From: Cyanophora paradoxa CCMP329
Lineage: Eukaryota > Plantae > Glaucophyta
NCBI GenBank assembly: GCA_004431415.1
Contig: QPMI01000408.1
Coordinates: forward strand, 372,001-436,000
Reading direction: 5' to 3'
DNA: 64,000 nt
In this document: piece by piece, positions 45,053-55,729 of the stretch
How positions within the stretch are numbered: the stretch's first letter is position 1
Layout of the letters: each line of letters opens with the position of its first letter
Position numbers and translations under genes: made by a program
Notes under the pieces: generated by a model
The model's input: the letters and a program-made list of their open reading frames with translations, nothing else
What the model was told of the DNA's origin: nothing
The model's database searches: none

Positions 45053-46144
45053 CTAGCTGGAGGACTTGGGGCCGTCGTCGCCGCCGAGCTTGGCGCGGAG
45101 GCTGTCGATGCACCAGGCGCCCTTGCCGGCCCCCAGGTTCACGGCGAAGTGGGGGAGGAGGCCCCTCGGGTCCACGCACGCCACGTAGTGCACCAGCGTG
45201 TGCTGCGCGGAGCATCAGAACTGATAGCGAGTCGACGATGCGGCCGGAGCGGATCGGACCTGCGCCTCGCTGCCGCCGGCGCCGTCGGGGGGTACGGGTC
45301 CAGCACCAGCCCCGCGATGATGACCTGCGGCCCGACCGGGGGGGGGGGGGGGGGATGAGAGGGCCCCGGGGAGGGGCGGGGGTGGGGGGCAAGGGAGGGG
45401 GGGGGGGGGGGAAGAAGGGCGCCGGGGCGGGCCTGGCTGCGGATGTGGCCCGGCTCGACGGGAACGTCGGGCAGGTCGGCCTCCGCGCTCCCGACGACCC
45501 AGGCGCCGCCCGGCAGGCGCCGCCGCCCGAAGGTGCAGAGGACCTCTCGCTGGCTGATCACCGGCCGCAGGCCGTAGAAGGACCACTGCGGGGCCGAAGC
45601 GCGATCAAATTCGAGTCCGAGCGGGCGCGGGGCGCGACAGCGTACCCAGACGAGAGCGTGGGCGTCGTCGATGCGCTTCAGGAGGCGCCCGCCGCTGCAG
45701 AGCGGGTCCCACTCCGGCCGCCGCTCCAGCAGCGAGCACACCGCCAGCACATCCTCCGGCGGGTGCCGTATCCGCCCGTGCGCTGCGCTCGCAAGCGGCG
45801 CGCTCGTCAGCGGCGCGCGGCCGCGCCCGCGCGGGCGGGCCGGGCCAGCGCGCGGCACGCGCCGGGCGCACCGCGGAAGACGTGCAGCGATTCCCGCCGG
45901 TTGCGGAACACGCGCACGCCGTCCGACTCTGCGCCGCACGAGTCAGGCGCGCCCGCTGCAGTCGACCAGGCGCGGCTCGGCAGTCGAGCGCTTGAGCGGC
46001 CGCACCCTTCCAGTACTCCCAGCCGTGGCTCTCGTCCTCCTCCTTGATGGCGCGCCAGATGCAGTCTAGCGCCGCCTCGCACGCCTCGACCTCCGCCGGC
46101 GCGGGCGCGGGCGCGGGCGCGGGATCCCCGGCCGCGGCCGCCAT
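45053..46144 (-). CDS. START/SRPBCC lipid-binding domain protein (multi-exon)
   Basis: GWEYWK..SDGVRVFR, RRPEWDPLC, RPVISQREVL, PVEPGHIRSQ, VHYVACVDPRGLLPHFAVN. Confidence 0.85.
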
Positions 46145-46712
46145 CCCAGCCCGACACGCAACGTCCTTAAGCTTTGGGTGACCTGTGAAAGATGGAATGC
46201 GACGGCCACGAAGCTGAGTCGGCCGTACCCCCTGGAAGCTCCTCACTGAGTCCTCAGCCTCCTCAGGCTCGTCAGCCTGCGCAGCAGCGCCTCCGCGAGC
46301 GAGCACGCGGCGATCAAGAGGGGTGCGGCAATTGCACCTGCAGGTGCGGTCGAAGGAGGCCAGGTCGCGATTCGCCGGCGCCATGGCCAGGCTGCGCGCG
46401 ACGCCTGCTAATATAAAAATTTTAATCTTCGACGCGCAGATCGGCGGAGGAAAGCTTCGAAGAGAGCGCACTGCAGCGGGACCATCGAAGGAGCCGGCGC
46501 CATCGAAGCTCATGATCAAGGCGCGCGCGCTACCATCGAGCGGAGGATACATCAATAACAGGTGCGCTGATAGCAATCATCATAGATCTGTCGACGCACG
46601 ACGTATCGGCACAAGACGTCGCGCGATATTGATTGTTCGGCGCCGCGGCCGCGCGCGCGCGCCGGCGCCGGCGCAGCAGCGAATTCGAAATCCGCAGCGG
46701 CGGGAGATATTG

Positions 46713-49135
46713 ATGTTGAGAGGGAGAAGTGTTCAGGACCGGCCGGCGAAGAGCGCGGAGAAGCGGCTGCGCGCCGCGGCCGGCGTTGATGATGAGAAGC
46801 CATTGCCATCGCCAGCTGTAGCTGCAGCGTTTCCAATTGATGCGCTCCCCGACGCGTTGATGATCGAAGTGTTCAAGGTGCTTGGGCTTCAGGCGAGCTG
46901 GCCCCTGCGCCGCGTGTGCAGGTCTGCGTCCCTCCGTGATCTCGATCCCGGCGCTATAGCTATAGCTATAGCTCTAGATCGCTCATGATCATCTTAGCCC
47001 GGAATAGTCGTAATCATCCTAGCCGATGTTGAGCGCGCCGGATCCGGATCCGGATCGCAGCCGATGGAGGCGGATGGTGGAGGACACGGAGTGGTCATGC
47101 TTCGAATTCAAGCTGAAGTGCAAGCAGGAGGTGGTTATCAAGTACGGGACAAGTACGGCGGATCCAGATCCAGAGCTAGATCCGGGGCTCGAGGCGAGCG
47201 ATGTCGACATGGACGTGTACAGTACAGCAGCTGCACTCTTCGAATTCGAGCAGCGGCGGCTCCGGCTCGCCGCGGGTGCCAGCGTTTCAGTTCGGTCGAA
47301 GCTCGTGCGATCGCTTGTGCGATACGCTAGGCGGCAGGAACCGCCGGGCATGATTATGTCACGGGATCCGGAGGAGTCGCAGAGGTTGAAGAATTTGCAA
47401 ATTCGAGAAGGCGAGCAAGCGCTACGGATTCGAAATCAGCGCACAGTTGCAGCGGCATGCAGCCTCCTCAAAGCGATTGTGCGCAGCTGCAGTGGTTCGC
47501 GATCGGGGCAGCCGCGGGAGGTGGCGGTATTTATCGATCATCAATTGGAACGGGCCAATCAAGAACGCCTACTTGACTCCTACCTTCTCGGGGTGCTGCG
47601 GGCGCTGGCGCCAACTGAACAAGCAGCCAGCCGTGTGGAAAGCTTGAGCATCGGTTTCAGCATCCGCACGTTTAATATCAATAGAAGCAGCAGCCGCAGC
47701 ACAGATCTAGAGTGGTTGCCATGGCCGGAAGCCCGCGCGCTGCGGGCCGCCCTCGCCCCCTTCGGCGGGCTGCGCTCCCTCAATCTCTTCTTCGGCTCTC
47801 AGGACAAGGGCATGGAGCCAGAGTCGGCAGCGGCCGTCGCCGCTGCCTGCCCTCTCCTGCGATCCGCCAGCCTCCGCCCCCGCTTTGACTCTTTCTCGAA
47901 AGTGCTGGCGGCCCTCGCTCCTCTGGAGCACCTCGAGGAGCTGCTCGCGTCGTCCTTCAAACCCGCCTCCGTCTCTGAAGGACTGGTGGCTCTTGCCGAC
48001 GGCCCCGCTGGCAGGAGCCTCCGCAGGATCGCTCTACTTGACGGGAAGTGGCTCTACGAGTTCGTTTTCTCTAGATCTCCATTGCGCACAAATTACGAAA
48101 CAATCCTCTTAATTGCATGAGCTGATGCTTTCTTTATCTTCACATCCAGGTACGGAGAGTTCCCAAAGCGGTCTGTAGCATCGCTCCGCTCAATCGAAGC
48201 GTTCACAACCTGCATCAACTCCGCTGCGATCGTCGCGCTCGGCCGCATGCCCAGGCTGGAGTGCTTTGAACCGCTGCGCGTGCGTGCGCCTGGATCGCTT
48301 TAATTTGACTCGCCTGCCAGGCTGGACCCCGATGATTGCGGTCGCGCGCCTCGCAGATGAATCCGCTGGTAAACCCTGAGGATATTCCTGCCATCGGTCG
48401 CATTGCGAATCTGCAAGAGGCACATGTCCATTTCGACTGCTTGAGCACTGGCAGGGCGATCGGCCCGCACCTGCGCGCCGTGGCGGAGGCACTCGCCTGC
48501 CTGCCCCGCCTGGCGAGGCTCAAGCTGAACCTGAACGGTGCACCCAACTTGAGTGTTTGGAGCCTATAGCTACACGCGGTACTCTGCATCTGACTGAAGG
48601 AAATGCAGACTATAGCCCAAGCGTCGACAGCGTGGTGGCCGCTCTCTCCAGCGCTGGCGTGCGGCGCGCCCTCACGTACCTGCGCCTCGCGCCCGGACGG
48701 CCGGCGCCGCTCTCCGAGGCGGAGGCGGAGGCGATCGTCGCGCTGCCGGCCCTCGAGCGCATCGAACTGGTCTGCACGCTCGATCGCGACTCTTCCTCTC
48801 GCCTGCGCCCTTTCGAGGTAATGTGCACGCCCCGTCCCGCCCCGCCCCGGCCAGGGGCCACCCCCTCCCGGCCCCCGGCCGCCCCGCTCAACTCTGGGAC
48901 CACCCGCGGACGGCAGGTTCTTCGAAACCTTAGCACCGAGATCGAAGTCGACGTTCGAGCGTGCCACAACGGGTCACTGAAGGAGGCGGAGGCCGAGATT
49001 CAGCGGATGTTCTCAGGGCACGGCCAGCGATCCCGACGTGAACGCCAGCCGCAGCCGCCTTGGTTCTTTGATTCTGATCCGCGTCTTTCGTCCTTGTGGT
49101 CATCATTAGAAAAGAATGTGCAGCCGCCGAGCTAG
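46713..49135 (+). CDS. F-box/LRR-like protein (multi-exon)
   Basis: PIDALPDALMIEVFKVLG...LRRVCR|RWRRMV F-box followed by LRSLNL, CPLLRSASL, LEHLEEL, LPRLARLKL repeats. Confidence 0.75.
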
Positions 49136-49484
49136 GTCAACGTGCGCGTTGACGTCGACTACGATTTCACAACATTTCTCTTCCTTCCTAAATATTCCTA
49201 GATAGTCTAGCCACGTCTTTGATCTTAAAATTATACTTGTTCGCACTCATTCCTAAATATCGATACCGATATCAGTCATATCACGCGAATTCATGCTCCC
49301 AATCGCTATATCTTAGTGTGTATACGTATAGTGTATGCGTCTTCGAAAATTCAGTTGCAGCTTGCACTTGGCAATCTCAACAGCACTGCGGTTCGGTTCG
49401 TTTAGCTACACAGGAAAGCATGCGCAGCGCTAGCAGAGAGGGCCAGGGCCCGGCCCCGGCCGGCTCGAACCGCGGGGCGCGCGC

Positions 49485-52400
49485 TCAGCCGCCGCAGTGC
49501 TCCAGCCGCGGCCGCTTCGGGTCGGGCGCCCCGGGCCCGCCCCCCGCCCCGCCCGCCGGGCCCGCCGCCTGCAGCTGCGGCTGCTGGTGCGGCCCCGCGG
49601 CCGGCGCGGCCTTCGCGGCCGAGGCGGCCGAACGGAACTGGGCCGGCGCCTGTCCCTGGCCCGGGCCCGCGCCCGGGGCGGCCCGCTGGGCGAAGGCGGC
49701 GGCCAGGGGCGCCCCCGAGGACCGCCCCGCCCGCAACGCCGCCACCGCCGGGTGCAGCTGCGGGGGGGGTGAGCCGGGCCGGGGCCCGGAGGGGCGCGGG
49801 GGGTATGACCTCGAGGGACTGCTCCCGGCGGACGAGCGAGTGGGGGATCTCCCGCAGGAAGACCGAAGGCTGCGCGGGGGTCGCCGGGGGGTACAGGCGC
49901 GGCGGGGCGGGGCGGGGCGGGGCGGGGCGGGCCTGCATCTGCCCCTTGTCCGGGGAGGAGATCGCGTGGGAGAGGTACAGCTCCGTGCGCGCCCGCGTCA
50001 TCGCCACGCTGCGTACCCCGGCCTCAGATGATCCCGTACCCCACCCCCTCGGGGGCAATCCGGCGGGGGGTACGCACAAGACGAGGCGCCGCTCGTCCTC
50101 GAGGTGCGTCGGGTCGACCTCGCCCTCCTCCCCGGGGTTTCGCACCGGGAACTCCCTGTTCCCCCCTCGGTCGGCGACCGCGTTCCATGCGCGCGCGGGC
50201 GGCGGCGGAAGGCCGTACCCGTCGTTCAGGCGGTACACGAAGACCGTGTCCCACTCGAGGCCCTTGGCCCCGTGCACCGTGCTGCGAACGAAGCGCGCTC
50301 CAGGGCCGCGGGGGGTACGACGCGGGCAGAAGGGGCGCGCCTGACGGTGACGGCGGCCGCCTGCGCCGCGCGGCTCGTCTTCTCGCGCTCCTCCTCCGCC
50401 TGCCGGGAACGGGTTCGAGCCCCGGCGGGGGAGAAAGAGGAGCCAGGGTACGGGACCTGCGTGAGGCGGTCGAGGAAGGCTCGGAGCACGGCCTCGGCGT
50501 GCTCGTCCCCCCTCGGGCCCTCGTACCCCGCCAGGAAGTCCTCTGGGCGGGGTTCGGGGCGGGCGGGGGCCGGGGTCGGAGGGGGGTACACCGCACCCGC
50601 GAAGGCGGCCATCTCGGAGCGGAGGGACTCCTCCCCCCCGCGCCCCGGCGCGTTGAACGAGATCCCTCTCCCGTGCGAGAGCTGGGGGGTACGCGTCAGA
50701 CCGAGGGCGCGCGCCCCGGCTGGATCTGGAGGGGACCCGCGCCTTCATCAGCACGTCGATGCAGACGCGGCCGACGGTCTCCGAGAGCTTGATGCGCGGG
50801 TAGCTGGGGGGGAGATGAGGCCGGGGGGTAGAGGGCGCGCCGGGGGTGCGGGGCCGGACCGGAAGCGGACGGTGTGGACGGCGTCGACGATGGCGGCCAG
50901 GCGGCCCCGCGCGTGGCTGCTGAACGGGCCCTCCTCTTCCCCCTCCCCCTCCGCCCCCCCCGCGCCCCCGGCGCCCCGGCCCTTGCCCTTCCCTTTGCCC
51001 TTGCCCCGCCCCTTCTTGCCGGCGGGGTGCATCTCCAGCAGCTCCCGCGCGGTCTGCGGGGGAGCCCGTCGTCAGTGGCCCTCGGGGGTACGCGGAAGGA
51101 AGGGCGGAGGGGTTACCTTGAGGAGGGGAATTTCGCGGGCGGCGGCGTGGGCGCTGATGGCCTCGCGCGCGCGCTTCTCGTGGAAGAGGCCGCTCGTCAG
51201 CGTCAGCGCCCGGAACGCCCCCTGTGCGGAGGATGAGAAGAGTAGGGGGGGGAAGGGGCGGGGGGTACGCACGTCGTCTTTCTCGTTGAGGACCAGGGCG
51301 AGGAGGTGGATCAGGTCCTGCACGGGCTTCCGGCTGCGCCCCAGGCGGGGTACAAGGAGCTGTCAGAGGAGGGGGGTACCGAAAAGGAAGGGGGCCGCGC
51401 CTGCAGCCGCGGACGGCGACGGGGATGCCGGCCGCGCCCAGGGCACTCTCCACCTCCTGGCAGGCTACCCGCGTCCGCGCCAGCACCGCCACCGAGCTGA
51501 GAGGGGGTACCGGATCGCGTGAGATGGGGGGAGGAGCCGGGAGGGGGTACGGCCGCACTCGAGGGACCTGCCCTGGCTCTTCAGCTCGGTGATCTTGCGG
51601 ATCAGGAACCTGGGAAGCGGGGTCGATTTTGGAGGAGGGAGGACGGGAGGACGGGAGGGGTAGGGGCGCTTACGAGGCCTCGCAGTCGGCGGTCCGCGCC
51701 TCGCAGACGACGGGCTGTATCCCCCCGCGCTTCTCGGGGGGTACCGCCACCCGCTTGAGCTCGCGCCGCTGGTTGTTCTTGATCAGCGCCGACGCCGCCT
51801 CCACGATGCAGCCTGCGCGGCTCGGCTCTCGGACCGCCGCGTTGCGGTCTCGGGGGTACAGGAGTACAGGATCCCGGCGCGCACCCGTGGACCGGTAGTT
51901 CGTGGAGAGGTGCATGGTCGTGACCGTGTGCGAGGAGCCCATCCCGATCCGCAGGCGCGCGAAGTTGTCGTCGCAGGCGCCCCTGGCGGGCACGGGCGCC
52001 CGTCAGAGCGGGGTACAAAGGAAAGAGCCGGGGGGGGGGGGAAGAAAGCCCGGGCACGAGAATCGGTAGATGGTCTGGTCGTCGTCTCCCACCGCCTGCG
52101 CGAGGCGAGCGAGCGACCCGCCCGGGCGGCTCAGCGCGCGGCGCCGCGGGCGAGGGCGGAGCGGGGCCGGCCGGCGGGCCAGCGGCTGACCGTGAGGTGG
52201 CCGTGCGAGGCGACGTGGGTGAGGAGGGTGAGCTGCGCCCGCGACGTGTCCTGCACCTCGTCCACTACCACGTCCCTGCGCCCCGCGCGCGGATCGAATC
52301 CCGCGTCGAGCGAGTCGCGGCGGGGGCCGGGCCGGGCGCCTGAAGCGGGAGGAGACGGCGGCGGCGATGTCGGGGCAGGAGACGAGGAGGTTGCGGGCGT

Positions 52401-53833
52401 GCTCGACCATGTCCACAAAGTCCTGCGCGGGGCAAGGCATTGGAACGGGACGGGGCCCGGCCCGGCCGGGCGGGGTTGAGGGTTGGGGGTTGGGGGACGG
52501 GGCAGGGCGGGGCGGGGCAGGCCGGAGCGGGGCGGGGGGACGCTGGCCGTTGCGCCTTCCTCTCGAAGCGCCCTCACAAGGAGGGTGGGGCAGGGCAGAG
52601 AGAGGCGGGGCGGGGCGGGGCGGTGCACGCGCTCCTCTGGGCGTCGTTTAGATGGGGCGGGGCGCAGGGGGCCGCACCATGCAGTTGCTCTCCTGCATGC
52701 GCCGCTCGTAGTGGGCCGCCACGAACGCCGCCTGCTCGTCCAGCTTCACGTACCCCCCGTTCCTGCGGGCGGTCAGGGTAGGAGGGGAGGAGGGGGGAAA
52801 GAGAGGGAGAAAGGGGGGTACTTCTTCCGCTGAATAGTGTCGAGCAGCCAGCGGGCCACCTTGTTCTCGAGGCGCGCGCGCTTCTCGGCCTGCATGCTGT
52901 TCTCCGCCGCGACGGCGACGACCTCCTCCTCGCTGCGCATCATCGTGCTCTTCCACACGAGGATGCCCTCCTTGACGAACTCGCGCTGCTGGAACCCCGA
53001 GGCGCAGGAGAAGTCCTTGGTGTAGCCGCCCGGGATTCGATCCACGAACTCGCGGCAGATGGAGAGCGCGAACGAGTGGAAGGTCGACGCCCGGATCCGC
53101 GAGGCCGCCCGCCCGATCTGTTTTTGGAGACGCGCCTTCAGCTCGCTCGCCGCCGCCGTCGAGAACCTGCAGACGCGGTCGGAAAAGCGGAGAGGAGGGT
53201 CCGCGGCGGGCGCCGAGAGGGAGCCCGCTCGCGCACGAGATGCAGAGGAGAGCTTCGGGGTTTTTCGTCTCCTCCACGATGCGCTGGATGCGGCGGACGA
53301 TGGTCGAGGTTTTCCTGCGGGGGCCGGGCCGGCGGGTTGAGCGAGGGCGTCGGTTCGGGCGAGGGAGCGAGGGAGCAAGCAGACCCCGATCCGGCGCTGG
53401 CGATGACGAGGAGCGGCTGGTCGAGGGGGGCCGCGACGACGGCTGCCTGCTCGTCGTTCAGGCCCTTCACCAGGTGCCCAGACACGGCCGCAGAGCCCGC
53501 GGAGGACGAGGCCGCGCTTCCGCTGCTGACTGCAGCACCGCTGAAGTTCGTTCGTGCGGATCGTGCCACGCTGGAGGTCCGCTGGTGCCCGCTGAAGGCT
53601 GCGCTCCCGTTCGCCTGCGGCTGGGTGTTGCTCGTTCGCACCGCAGCTTCCGTGCTCGCGGAGATCGGCGCGCTGTGGCTATTCGTTGCAGAAGCGACCG
53701 CGCCGTTCCCGGCGACCGAGCTCCCGCTGCTACGCCCAGCTGAGGTCGCTTTGAGCAGCTGCTCTTCCTCTTCGGGTGATAGATTGTTCCAGAAGGCGTC
53801 GTCATCGTCTAGATCTCCCTGCGCCGGCTCCAT
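49485..53833 (-). CDS. UvrD/PcrA/Srs2-like ATP-dependent DNA helicase (many exons)
   Basis: LNDEQAAVV..PLLVIASAGSGKT, STFHSFAL, VVVDEVQDT, VGDDDQTIYRF, LSTNYRS, VAVLART, VSTVHGAKGLEWDTVF, EDERRL..VAMTRAR, PSVFLREIP. Confidence 0.93.
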
Positions 53834-53891
53834 CGAATTTCAAAGGAGCTGGGTACGCGGTTATTTAAGCACGCCATCGAAGCACTCCGCC

Positions 53892-55108
53892 ATGATCCGC
53901 CAGGTGCATGTCTCCGGGCCGCCGCCGCCGCTCCGCTCGTTTGGCCGCCGCCGGCAGCGTCCCGCCCCCCCAACCCTTGACCGGCCGAGCGGCTGACGTC
54001 GATCCCTCCGCAGCTCGCGTCCCTCGCAGCGCGTCCCACTCGCGTCTCCGGAAGATATCTGCGACAGACAGCTGTTTATTCGGCTCTCGGTACGGTCCGC
54101 GGCGCGGGTCCGGAGATTTTGCCAATCCGACTGTCCGCGCAGGCTGCTCACCAGTCGCCGCGCTCCATCCAACGGCCGCGTGCCTTACTACGGTTTCTTC
54201 ACACGGCGCGTCCCATGGCGTCCTCGGCCACCACCATCACCGGCACGCGTGGGAGCCTCGGCTCGAGCGGCTTCAGCAAGGTGCCCCGCTTCTTTCGTGC
54301 CGGCGCGCGCGTACGTCGGCCTCTGAACCTCTCTTGAACCTATACAGACGCGGAGAACCTCTTGAAGCACTTTGGTAGGCACTCCTAACTGCCCAGTGGC
54401 CGGGCGGCCGGCGGCCGCGACCCTTGCTCGGTCGCGACTTCCGCTGCCTACTTTCGAGCGCGCCGCTAACCAGTGCGGCGCAGAGAACGTCGATTGGTAC
54501 GAGGTTCCGGAGGTGATGACCCACAGCGCCTCGAACACCTGGCACGCGTACGAACGGCTGCTTAGCGACCTTGTGACGGTCGGCGACAAGGCGAGCTTTT
54601 CCGCCGTCGAGCACTCCGAGGCCGCCAAGACCATCAAGAAGATGAAGCACACGATGGACCTCATCGAGCGCGTCGACGACCTCTGCGCACAGGTGACCGC
54701 AGCGCGGCGCCCGCCGCCGCCGCCGCCGCCGCCGCCGCCTCGTCTCTTACCTCCGCCCCGCGCGCGCGCAGGCGACGCTGCTTTTGGACGAGCTGGACCC
54801 GCCCCTCCACAACGTCGTCGGCGAGATGCGCGCCAAGGAGCTGCCGAAGGGCATCGAGCGGCGCATCCGCGAGTGCCTCACGTCCTACCAGCAGCTGCTC
54901 AGCAGCTCGAGCACCGACGACCGCCACACCATCGAGGACGTGCGCGCGTCCCCCTCCCGGTCTCTGCGCGTCGATCCGCCTCTGACCTTTCCTCTCCTTT
55001 CCTTTTCTTTCCTTTCCTCCCGCGCAGCACTGCAACCAGCGGATGAGCCACCTGCGCTCCCTCGTCAACATCAACGTCTCCCAGCTCGAGTTCCAGCACC
55101 ACCAGTGA
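53892..55108 (+). CDS. Putative mitochondrial protein resembling plant succinate dehydrogenase subunit 5
   Basis: Six exons splice to MIRQLASLAARPTRVSGRYLRQTAV (presequence-like)...AENLLKHFENVDWYEVPEVM...LDELDPPLHNVVGEMRAKELPKGIERRIRECLTSYQQLLSS...RMSHLRSL. Family call is by remembered pattern only. Confidence 0.55.
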
Positions 55109-55729
55109 GCTTGAATCCGAAGCCTTTCTGAGCCCTCGCCGAGGCCCTCGCGATCGGCCCTCGGGTTCGACCATAATTTCGTTTGAATAGTGGGGGGTAT
55201 CGGTATCCTTTCCTTTTCTTTTTTAAGGACGCTGGGGGTAGGTGTAGGTATACGGCGGGCCCAGGTCTTCTGGGCTTTTGAGCTCGAGCTTGAGCGACTG
55301 CTAGCGCGTGTGTTTCTTGCAAATGTGAGTGCCAGTCCGCAGTGGGTATACGTAGATACTTTAATGCTTGCAGAGCTGAGCAGCTGAAGCGGTTCGGCTG
55401 CTTTCGGCCCTATAGCTAGACCCGGGCCTTCGATCGCCGGGCTGATAGGCCTAGGCCTAGGGCGCCTGTTTGTGCCGCGTATCTAGACAAGACCGTGTTT
55501 CTGGAATCGAATCCACAGTCTCATGTCATGATGCCTGTAGCTAGGCCAAGGGGGCTGGAGGGACTAGCTATCATAGTATGGTAGCTAGGGACGAAAGCTG
55601 CAGATCGATAGAAGATCTAGAGGGGTGTGAGGGGTAACTGTAGGGGGTGAGGAGCCGCGCAGCGCTGGATTCGATCGGAGAATGCGAGAGGGGGGGGCGC
55701 CCGGCCCCGCCGGCGCCGGCCGGGGCCGG

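Larger units (their letters stand above)
29992..45818. repeat. Tandem segmental duplication: copy 1 29992-37425, copy 2 37426-45813
   Basis: Near-identical sequence and ORF sets; 5-bp microhomology CGCGC at 29992-29996, 37426-37430 and 45814-45818. Confidence 0.95.

Noticed and set aside
31780-45420. Frame differences between duplicate copies as functional divergence
   Set aside because: Almost all are 1-bp indels in G/C homopolymers, typical of long-read consensus error.
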